A stretch of DNA of 36,208 bases from the NCBI GenBank assembly GCA_036821745.1, contig DAISIZ010000002.1:1-36208 (forward strand), in the 5' to 3' direction. The position numbers and the translations under genes are program-made. Of the stretch, positions 18,270 to 26,582 are shown in pieces (position 1 is the first letter of the stretch; every line of letters begins with the position of its first letter). The stretch is from Aurantibacter sp. Its GTDB lineage: Bacteria > Bacteroidota > Bacteroidia > Flavobacteriales > Flavobacteriaceae. The notes beneath the pieces were generated by a model. The model worked only from the letters and a program-made list of their open reading frames with translations. It did not search any database and was not told the origin of the DNA.

Positions 18270-20348
18270 ATGAAACGTCAATTAATTTTCCTTTTTGCAT
18301 TATGTTTTTCACAACTTATTTTAGCACAGAAAATTTCCTATAACGAAACGTTTGACAGTAAAAAAACTATTTGGAACTACAATGAAAATAGACTAAAAGC
18401 AAGTTCTAAAAACGGCAAACTTACTATAGAAAATAAAAGTAAATTTGATGCACAATGGTTACTCCAAAATTTAATTCCTAATCCGGATAAAACAGATTTC
18501 ACCATAGAAACTGAAGTTACCTTCTTGGACATCCAAAAGCCAACCAGTCAATTTAGTGTGATTTGGTCGGCTTACAATAACGAAGCGTCATACCGAAGCG
18601 TGACATTGTCTGCAAATCAGAAAAGTCAATTAAGTTATCATAATCGTAAAGATGTCGATTTTTACAAACCGTGGAAGGACCAAAAAGATGGTTTTGAAAT
18701 CTTAAAAATCAACAAAATTAAAATTGTAAAACGCGGTAGTAATTCTAAAGTTTACATTAACGAAAAAGTGATTCATCAATTAGGTGGAACTGCTTATTAC
18801 GGCTCTAAAATAGGATTTAAAGTATCTCCAGAAACTAAAATTGCCGTTCACAAGTTAAAAATAACGACTTACAAAAAGCAAGCTATTACTATTGTTAGCA
18901 GTTTTAATCCTTCAAATAAAATTGAAAAGATTGATGCGTTATCTGATCCAAATGTAGAAGAAGCTTTACCAATAATTACTGCCGATGGCGAAACATTATA
19001 TTTAGTTTTAAAAGACAGCAAACTAAACACAGTTACCACTAACGACGATGTTTGGTACAGTACCAAAAACCGATTCAATAAATGGAATTTATATAAAAAT
19101 ATTGGACGACCAATTAATAACGAAGCGCATAACTTTGTGGTATCGGTTTCACCGGACAACAATACGTTATTGGTAGGAAATCATTATTCTGAAAATGGCC
19201 GTAAACTAACCGGTCCAGGCGTTTCAATAACACATAGAACAAAAGACGGTTGGAAAATTCCTAAACCATTAATTATTGAAGGTTATTCGAATAGCAATCA
19301 GTTTTCGGAATTTAGTTTAAGTAGCACAAAAAAGCAACTATTATTAGCCATTGAGCGTCCAAACGGTCAAGGCGATAAAGATTTATATGTAAGCTTTAAA
19401 ACCGAAAACAACACTTGGACAACACCTTTAAGTTTAGGAAAAACAATTAATACGTTTGAAAGTGAAGCATATCCGTTTTTAGCTTCGGATGGAAGGACTT
19501 TATTTTTCTCAAGTAAAGGCCACCAAGGTTATGGCTCACACGATTTATTTGTGAGTAAACGCTTAGATAATTCGTGGACCAACTGGAGCACACCAAAAAA
19601 CTTAGGCCCGACTATTAACGGCACAAGTGGCGACATGAGTATTTACTTAACTGCCGACGGAACCAAAGCCTACGTAGGGAAAGACAGTGATATTTACTTT
19701 ACCGAAAACGCTGTAAATTTAGATCCGGTTATTTTAGTGAAAGGAAAAGTTTACGATAGTAAAACCAAAGAAATATTATTTGCTCCAGTAAAATACTACA
19801 ATCTAAACACGAATAAAGAATTAGGAATTGCCCGTAGTAATCCTAATACTGGTGAGTATAAAATTGTATTACCTTATGGCGAAAGATATAGTTTTATGGC
19901 TGAAAAAGAAGGCTATTATTCGCAAACCAAAAACATAGATTTAACCGAGTTAAAAGCGTACGAAGAAATTGAAGTCGATTTATATTTAGATCCTATTGAA
20001 AAAGGCCAAGTAATTAGACTTAATAATATTTTCTTCGATTCTGGCAAGTATGATTTACTACCAACCTCTTATGCCGAGTTAAATAAATTATTAGAATTAC
20101 TTGAGAAAAACTCAAAATTAAAAATTGAAATTGCTGGTCATACGGATTGGATTGGTAAGGATAAAGACAACTTAATACTATCTCAAAATCGTACCAATGC
20201 TGTTGTTAATTTTTTAGTTGAAAAAGGCATCGATAAAAATAGACTAAGTGCAAAAGGTTATGGGGAAACTAAATTTATTGCCACAAACACTACCAAAGAA
20301 GGCCGACAATTAAACCGTCGTGTCGAGTTTGAAATTAAAGATTTATAA
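18270..20348 (+). CDS. OmpA family protein with PD40 beta-propeller repeats
   Basis: Signal peptide; PD40-like repeats (NIGRPINN, SLGKTINT, NLGPTING); carboxypeptidase-regulatory-like domain; C-terminal NIFFD...IEIAGHTD...LSQNR...GYGE...NRRVEF. Confidence 0.9.
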   Translation: MKRQLIFLFALCFSQLILAQKISYNETFDSKKTIWNYNENRLKASSKNGKLTIENKSKFDAQWLLQNLIPNPDKTDFTIETEVTFLDIQKPTSQFSVIWSAYNNEASYRSVTLSANQKSQLSYHNRKDVDFYKPWKDQKDGFEILKINKIKIVKRGSNSKVYINEKVIHQLGGTAYYGSKIGFKVSPETKIAVHKLKITTYKKQAITIVSSFNPSNKIEKIDALSDPNVEEALPIITADGETLYLVLKDSKLNTVTTNDDVWYSTKNRFNKWNLYKNIGRPINNEAHNFVVSVSPDNNTLLVGNHYSENGRKLTGPGVSITHRTKDGWKIPKPLIIEGYSNSNQFSEFSLSSTKKQLLLAIERPNGQGDKDLYVSFKTENNTWTTPLSLGKTINTFESEAYPFLASDGRTLFFSSKGHQGYGSHDLFVSKRLDNSWTNWSTPKNLGPTINGTSGDMSIYLTADGTKAYVGKDSDIYFTENAVNLDPVILVKGKVYDSKTKEILFAPVKYYNLNTNKELGIARSNPNTGEYKIVLPYGERYSFMAEKEGYYSQTKNIDLTELKAYEEIEVDLYLDPIEKGQVIRLNNIFFDSGKYDLLPTSYAELNKLLELLEKNSKLKIEIAGHTDWIGKDKDNLILSQNRTNAVVNFLVEKGIDKNRLSAKGYGETKFIATNTTKEGRQLNRRVEFEIKDL

Positions 20349-20365
20349 GCGTAATATTTAGACTT

Positions 20366-20980
20366 ATGAAAAATGCTATTTTAGGTATATTATTGACTTT
20401 AGTTGTAGTGCTCACATTACGCACTTGCAACAACCAACCACAAGAAAAAACGGTTTTAAACGAACAGTCTGCACTTATACAACAATCGCTTAAAAACGTT
20501 GGTAAATTAGCAGTTACCGAAGGTCATTTTAGTCAGGTTTATAATTATAAAAATACCAAAGCAGTTTTTGGAAATTTAATTGATAGCGAAAAGAAAGTTT
20601 TAGTTGTCGTGAATGCAGATGTAAGTGTGTCTTACGATTTAAGTCAACTTGAATATGACGTTGATCAGGAAAATAAAATTCTAACATTGACTAAAATCCC
20701 AAAAGAAACTATTAAAATCAGTCCAGATTTTGAATACTATGACATTCAATCCGATTTTTTAAATCCGTTTATAGCCGAAGACTACAACCAATTAAAGATT
20801 GAAGCAAAGAAAGCCATCAGTAAAAAAATTGAAGCCAGCGATTTACAGAAAAATGCAAAAAACAGATTAATTAGTGAGTTGAGTAAATTCTATATTCTAA
20901 CTAATTCATTAGGTTGGACTTTAAATTATAATGAAACTGTTATCAGTCAACCATTTTCAGAATCTAACTTAAAATTTTAA
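20366..20980 (+). CDS. DUF4230 domain protein
   Basis: N-terminal anchor; VGKLAVTEG...KKVLVVVNADVSVSYDL. Confidence 0.75.
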   Translation: MKNAILGILLTLVVVLTLRTCNNQPQEKTVLNEQSALIQQSLKNVGKLAVTEGHFSQVYNYKNTKAVFGNLIDSEKKVLVVVNADVSVSYDLSQLEYDVDQENKILTLTKIPKETIKISPDFEYYDIQSDFLNPFIAEDYNQLKIEAKKAISKKIEASDLQKNAKNRLISELSKFYILTNSLGWTLNYNETVISQPFSESNLKF

Positions 20981-21280
20981 GCGTTTAGTTAAACGTCTCC
21001 ATCCGCCACCATTTATAGCTTCAATATGATTTTTTTGCAACAATTTTGTTGCCGTAGCACTTCTAACACCACTTTCACAATACACTATAAAAGGTTTTTG
21101 CATAGCTTTTAATTCTGGCAATTTAGACCTCAACATTTTTAATGGTACGTGAATAGCACCTGCAATATGATTCGCTTCAAATTCACGACTACTACACACA
21201 TCTAACAGCAATGCTTCTTTATCTAAAAATTGTTGCAATGTCTTTTCTTTCACTCCAAAAAACAGTTCTAAAAACCCCAT
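20969..21280 (-). CDS. Rhodanese-like domain protein
   Basis: LLDV...EF..NHIAGAIHVP, active-site YCESGVRS, NGGGW. Confidence 0.88.
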   Translation of the reverse strand: MGFLELFFGVKEKTLQQFLDKEALLLDVCSSREFEANHIAGAIHVPLKMLRSKLPELKAMQKPFIVYCESGVRSATATKLLQKNHIEAINGGGWRRLTKRLKF

Positions 21281-21326
21281 AATTAGCTATATTTACAACT
21301 CTAATTTAAGCAAACTAAAAGTATTT

Positions 21327-22079
21327 ATGGCAACAGCTTACGTAAAACTAACCGTAGAAAATCATATTGGAACTGTAGAATTTTGCAATCCGTCGCATAA
21401 TGCTTTACCAAGTCATTTACTGAAAGAATTGGCTGACACTATTACAAGTACTAGTACTAATGACGACATAAAAGTTGTGATTCTAAAAAGTGCTGGCGAC
21501 CGCACGTTTTGTGCAGGTGCAAGTTTTAACGAACTGATTTCTATAAATGATTTAGAGACCGGAAAAACATTTTTCTCTGGATTTGCTAATGTTATAAATG
21601 CAATGCGCCAATGCACCAAATTAATTATTGGACGTATACAAGGAAAAGCTGTTGGTGGTGGCGTTGGCTTAGCTTCGGCAACCGATTATTGTTTAGCAAC
21701 CAAATACGCTTCAATTAAATTAAGTGAGCTAAGTATTGGTATTGGACCATTTGTGATAGAACCAGCAGTTTCAAGAAAAATGGGACAAACTGCAATGTCT
21801 GAAATGACTATTAATGCCGAACAGTTTTATGACACGACTTACGCAAAAACCAATAAACTGTACACTAACGTTTTTGAAACTATTGAAGACCTTGACGACG
21901 CTGCTTTAGAATTAGCTCAAAAATTAGCAAGCTATAACCCAGAGGCTTTAGCCGAAATGAAACGCGTGTTATGGGAAAACGAAACACATTGGGACACGCT
22001 TTTAATTGAACGCGCAGAAATTAGTGGTCATTTAGTTTTAAGTGATTTTACAAAACAAAAGTTAGCGAGTTTTAAATAG
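21327..22079 (+). CDS. Enoyl-CoA hydratase/isomerase family protein
   Basis: TFCAGASF, IQGKAVGGGVGLASATD, LSELSIGIGPF. Confidence 0.9.
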   Translation: MATAYVKLTVENHIGTVEFCNPSHNALPSHLLKELADTITSTSTNDDIKVVILKSAGDRTFCAGASFNELISINDLETGKTFFSGFANVINAMRQCTKLIIGRIQGKAVGGGVGLASATDYCLATKYASIKLSELSIGIGPFVIEPAVSRKMGQTAMSEMTINAEQFYDTTYAKTNKLYTNVFETIEDLDDAALELAQKLASYNPEALAEMKRVLWENETHWDTLLIERAEISGHLVLSDFTKQKLASFK

Positions 22080-22132
22080 GAAATCGCATCTTTAAACTTA
22101 TAGTTGATAAGTTTTAAAACAGCTTATATATA

Positions 22133-22162
22133 CCTACAAGGTCAAAAAAAAGACCTTGCAGG
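22133..22162. repeat. REP-like palindrome / bidirectional terminator between convergent genes
   Basis: CCTACAAGGTC-A8-GACCTTGCAGG, with one mismatch that is a G.T pair on the minus strand. Confidence 0.55.
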
Positions 22163-22247
22163 ATAATTGAAAATATTTCTAAATTGATTTTGAAAAAATC
22201 AAGATGAATTAGCGTGTTTTAAGCACAAAGTCAATAGTAACGATAGC

Positions 22248-23999
22248 TTATTCTTTATCTACGATTTCTATACCATCTTCAATAAGATGACTAACCTCTG
22301 GACGGTTTAATTTAATTTCGTGTAAATAGTTGAGAACTTTAGTTTTTAACTCTCTATCATCTGTTTTAGCAACTTGCTCGTAAAGCTCTACACTTAATAA
22401 CCAATCTTTAGGAAATTTTTGTTGTAAGCTTTCAAGTATATTTTTAGATGCCATACTTGTTACTTCGCCGTTTCTAAAATCTCTTACTTGTTTGTAAAGA
22501 TTTTGTAACTCTAAACGTTCAGCCGTTTTTTCTCTTTTAATCGTTGTACTTGATACTTCGTGCGTAATTAAATCAAAACTATTTAAATCGGCTGGACCAG
22601 AATATCCTGAAACCACATATTTACCTACAGCCATATCATATTGTCCCCATTCAGGCTGAAATAAAACCGTATCACCGTGAGTTACCGTACAATCTTTAAA
22701 GCTGATTAATATCACTTTCCCTTGTAAATTTCGAGTTCCAGTAATAATAGTTCCTTCAACTTTAATACCGCCTTCAAATTCTAAACAAACGTGTTCATTT
22801 TCATAAATATCGTAAGCCATTAAATCACGTGGCGACATATCTTCAATCGCTAAATTGATACCTTTTAGTTTCCCTAATGGTGAACCAAAGCCTTCCGGAT
22901 GATTTAAAACACTATGCCCAACTAACTCTTTATTACTATAAGACAAAGCCGTTTGTCCTTTTGTTTGTAAATAAACAACTTTTCCGTTGTGTTCAATTAA
23001 ATTAGAAAACACACCAGAAACTTGTAATCCTGTCGTTAACTCTATTGTGCCAATGGCTTTAGAATTAATTAATTTATTTAAAGCCTCAATACCACCTTTA
23101 CGCAATGCCATTGTGTTAGCAAATTCTTCCAAAACACTACTTAAAAAAGCAAAATCTGGTGTTATAAATAATTGTGGTTGCGGTTTAGTAATGTCGAAAT
23201 TTTGAAAAGTAGACCCTATATTATAAGGCAGTTTTTTCACCTCATCGGTCATACACCATTTGCTTTCTCCAATAGAACTTAAAAGCCCTGCACCGTATAT
23301 TTTTGGATCTTCAACTGTACCAATTAAACCATACTCTACAGTCCACCAATGTAAATTACGAATCAACGCCATTTCACTTGGTTCACCCATATTTTTCTGT
23401 AAGTCTTCAACTAACTTCTCCGCTTTATCAATTTCATTTTGAGGCGTATTTGGTGCTTCTTTTATTATAGATAGATGTCTTACTGCTTCATATAACTCAT
23501 AATCCTTACCTGAAGAAATCGCTTTACAACCTATTTCTCCAAAACGGCGTAAATACTCGGCATATTCCGGATTAGCAATAATTGGTGCGTGTCCTGCACC
23601 TTCGTGAATAATGTCTGGCGCTGGTGTGTATTCTATATGTTCAATTTGGCGAATATCACTGGCAATTACCAATACATTATAAGCTTGAAACTCCATAAAT
23701 GCATTTGGCGGAATAAAACCATCTACCGCTACTGCAGCCCAACCTATTTCTTGTAAAATACGATTCATACCATACATATTTGGTATGCTGTCCACCGAAA
23801 TCCCTGTTTGTCTTAAACCTTCTAAGTAGCTACTATGCGCCACTTTACTTAAATAACTAATATTCTTTCGCATCGCATAACGCCAAACGGCTTGATTAAT
23901 CGCAGAATAATCGTCGTAACTTTGAGGCTTAATAAACTGTCTTAAGTGCTTTGGTAAGCGATCTAAAATTGGATTTGATTCAAAAGAGGTATTTGACAT
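22248..23999 (-). CDS. phhA: Aromatic amino acid hydroxylase (phenylalanine 4-monooxygenase, long form)
   Basis: YTPAPDIIHEGAGHAP, WWTVEYGL, IYGAGLLSSIGE, plus a long C-terminal extension. Confidence 0.9.
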   Translation of the reverse strand: MSNTSFESNPILDRLPKHLRQFIKPQSYDDYSAINQAVWRYAMRKNISYLSKVAHSSYLEGLRQTGISVDSIPNMYGMNRILQEIGWAAVAVDGFIPPNAFMEFQAYNVLVIASDIRQIEHIEYTPAPDIIHEGAGHAPIIANPEYAEYLRRFGEIGCKAISSGKDYELYEAVRHLSIIKEAPNTPQNEIDKAEKLVEDLQKNMGEPSEMALIRNLHWWTVEYGLIGTVEDPKIYGAGLLSSIGESKWCMTDEVKKLPYNIGSTFQNFDITKPQPQLFITPDFAFLSSVLEEFANTMALRKGGIEALNKLINSKAIGTIELTTGLQVSGVFSNLIEHNGKVVYLQTKGQTALSYSNKELVGHSVLNHPEGFGSPLGKLKGINLAIEDMSPRDLMAYDIYENEHVCLEFEGGIKVEGTIITGTRNLQGKVILISFKDCTVTHGDTVLFQPEWGQYDMAVGKYVVSGYSGPADLNSFDLITHEVSSTTIKREKTAERLELQNLYKQVRDFRNGEVTSMASKNILESLQQKFPKDWLLSVELYEQVAKTDDRELKTKVLNYLHEIKLNRPEVSHLIEDGIEIVDKE

Positions 24000-24073
24000 T
24001 ATATTTTATTTTTGGAGTCCCGTAAAAATAAGAAATAAGACGCTAAGTATTTACTAATGTGTTATAGAAAAAC

Positions 24074-24102
24074 AAAAAAGACAACCCTACAGATTGTCTT
24101 TT
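24074..24102 (-). terminator. Intrinsic terminator after DUF4136
   Basis: AAAAAAGACAA-CCCTACAGA-TTGTCTTTT. Confidence 0.6.
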
Positions 24103-24122
24103 CGTTTTATTTGTAATTTATT

Positions 24123-24650
24123 TTATTGCTCAATTCCCGGTGGATACACCTTTAAAATTTCTTGAACGAATTCATTAATGCGTTCTTTTTTATGCTTTCT
24201 ACTTTGCGTTAAATAACCAAGACCTTGACCTTGCCACACCAATTCTTTGGTTTTAGCATCGATTAAATCGATATATAATGTGCCTTGTGTGGACGTTGAA
24301 ACTGTAGACCCAAATGAAGCGCCATAGAAGCCCCAGCCAAATCCCCAACCAAAGTTATTTCTATTTACATCTACACGTTCTTGAGATTTTGTAAATATAC
24401 TCACCAACAAATCTGGCGATTCTGATTTAGAAAATCCTTTAGTTTGCATTTCGGCATCAATAGCCCTTAAAATACGTCGTTTATCTAAATCGTTAATTTC
24501 GGCTTTATCAATACCTGTTTTAAAAAACGCAAAGGTTTTGTAGTTGTTAAAATTTGTTTGCTCGTGATAATCCGAAGAGACTTTGACTGATGTGCAAGAT
24601 AAAAGTGTTGTAGAAAGAAGTAATAGTAATAAAATATTTAATTTTCTCAT
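24123..24650 (-). CDS. DUF4136 lipoprotein
   Basis: Lipobox LLSC; SDY...FNNYKTFAF, GTLYIDLIDAKTKELVWQG, YPP end. Confidence 0.88.
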   Translation of the reverse strand: MRKLNILLLLLLSTTLLSCTSVKVSSDYHEQTNFNNYKTFAFFKTGIDKAEINDLDKRRILRAIDAEMQTKGFSKSESPDLLVSIFTKSQERVDVNRNNFGWGFGWGFYGASFGSTVSTSTQGTLYIDLIDAKTKELVWQGQGLGYLTQSRKHKKERINEFVQEILKVYPPGIEQ

Positions 24651-25225
24651 AGTTTTTTGTTTTAATTTAAAATGTTATGAAGAATCAAATTTGGGAATAT
24701 TGATTTTAAATTAATTTGCTCAATAATTATACCATAACTAATGGTAATTAGCTAACAAATGACTAAGATATAACTATTTCGATTCTTATCTAGATCGCAA
24801 AAAATCTCCAGTAATATTATGAATAGGTAAATTTGTGACAAAAAAATCATAGTTAATTTAACGTTTTTAATTATCTTTTAATTCTGATTCTTCCTTGTTG
24901 TTCAGTACAAAAAAGGTTTACGCGCCATTTGTTTCTTTCCTAGTGTTTTTTGTCTTTATTATGTGAGAGTATTACATATCTGCATAGCTATTAATTGGCT
25001 ATCCAAACAATGACTAATATTAAATAAAACATGCTAATTAAATCCTGATAGAGTACACTAGAATAGATAGATTGCAGTTCTTTGTTCAAAATAAAGCTCT
25101 TCATAAAGTAGTAAAACCAGTTAAATGTATACTTAATCTTAATTATTAGCTGTTTGTCGTTAAAATTTTTAAGTATTAAATTAAAATATTAGCTTAAAAA
25201 AGTAAAAATTTTAAGTTATTATACT

Positions 25226-25792
25226 ATGAAAATCAAACAAAATGTATTAGTGTTATTATTTTTAATTCCATTTGCAATGATGGGCCAAGATGATAACGAT
25301 GACTCCCATGTAGTAACTATTAACTTTAGCGAAGTTGCTATTGTTGATATTGAAGATTCGGCTATTAAAGACATAACCCTAGATGCTACGGGTGGTGTTC
25401 CTGCTGAAGCTGGAGATCCTTATGATTTTAGTGTAACAAATTCAACTTTGTGGTTAAATTATACTAGTATCTTAGGCAACGAAACATCCCGCTTGGTAAC
25501 TGTTAGAACCACTGCTGGTACAATTCCTGCAGGACTTGACTTAAGGGTTCAGGCCGCAGCTGATGCTGGAAATGGAGGGGGTTCTGTAGGGGCAAATGTG
25601 GCAACGCCAATAGTTTTGAATGGAACAGATCAAAACATAATTACAGGAATAGGTAGCTGTTACACCAGTACAGGAACCAATAATGGACACAATTTGACAT
25701 ACAGTTTAGCTGTAAATGACTGGAGTTTAATTGATCAATCTGACTCTGGGGCTGCCATTACAGTTTTGTACACAATAACAGATACTCCTTAA
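25226..25792 (+). CDS. Secreted pilin-like beta protein (putative major subunit)
   Basis: Signal peptide; Gly/Thr/Asn-rich; motifs PAEAG, WLNYTS, QNIITGIGSCYT...GHNLTYSL; C-terminal strand ITVLYTITDTP. Confidence 0.6.
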   Translation: MKIKQNVLVLLFLIPFAMMGQDDNDDSHVVTINFSEVAIVDIEDSAIKDITLDATGGVPAEAGDPYDFSVTNSTLWLNYTSILGNETSRLVTVRTTAGTIPAGLDLRVQAAADAGNGGGSVGANVATPIVLNGTDQNIITGIGSCYTSTGTNNGHNLTYSLAVNDWSLIDQSDSGAAITVLYTITDTP

Positions 25793-25795
25793 TTT

Positions 25796-26566
25796 ATGAA
25801 AAAGGTATTGTTTTTTACAATCTTTATATCAGCGGTTTTAAACTCTTATTCTAGTGTTGCTATCGTGAATGGCTTATCGCACTATTATAAAAATCTATCA
25901 GGTGGAGACACATTTGAAGGGGTTATTACTTTGGTTAATTCAGGTGAAAATGTACAAAGAGTGAGAGTTTATTTTAATGATTATTTAAGAGATTGTGATA
26001 ATTCCAGCTTTTATGATTCAGAGGATTTTGAGGGCTCTATCTACAAGTGGTTTAGTCTGTCTCGTAATGATTTTGAAATTGCTCCTGGAGCAACAATGGA
26101 CGTTAATTTTAAGGTCAATATTCCATCAGACTATAATTCCAAGGGTTCAAAATGGCAGTTTATTATGGTTGAAACAGACAAAAGTGTTGAGCAAAAAGTT
26201 AAAAGTAATCTTAATGTTACGTCTAAAGTTCGTTATGGTGTAAACGTTGGTTTAAGTTTTGGTATAGATCATATTTCTGATTTTGCTGTTCATAAAGAAT
26301 TAGAGTTGTCATCCGATAACTCTATATTGTTTACAATGAAGAATAACGATTCTTACTTTCATGATACAGAGATTACTTTAGAGTTTTATTCTTTAAACGG
26401 GGAATTAATATTTACCAAAAAATTAGATAAGCGTATTTTTTTTCCTAAATCATGTTCTGAATTCAAATTCGATACAACAGATCTTATTTCTAATGATTAC
26501 GATGTCATCATTTATTGTGATTCAGGTTACAATATCAATGCGTTCAGAAGAAAATTAACGTTATAA
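25796..26566 (+). CDS. Putative periplasmic chaperone-like protein (PapD/DUF916-like, two Ig domains)
   Basis: Signal peptide; ITLVNSG..VQRVRVYFNDY, W....NDFEIAPGATMDVNFKVNIP, IMVE, VRYGV; second domain MKNND...KRIFFPKSCSEF. Confidence 0.55.
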   Translation: MKKVLFFTIFISAVLNSYSSVAIVNGLSHYYKNLSGGDTFEGVITLVNSGENVQRVRVYFNDYLRDCDNSSFYDSEDFEGSIYKWFSLSRNDFEIAPGATMDVNFKVNIPSDYNSKGSKWQFIMVETDKSVEQKVKSNLNVTSKVRYGVNVGLSFGIDHISDFAVHKELELSSDNSILFTMKNNDSYFHDTEITLEFYSLNGELIFTKKLDKRIFFPKSCSEFKFDTTDLISNDYDVIIYCDSGYNINAFRRKLTL

Positions 26567-26582
26567 CTAATTATATCTATCA

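Noticed and set aside
25995..26243. 82-aa alternative-frame ORF inside the chaperone-like gene
   Set aside because: Fully nested out of frame with a GTG start and no motif.
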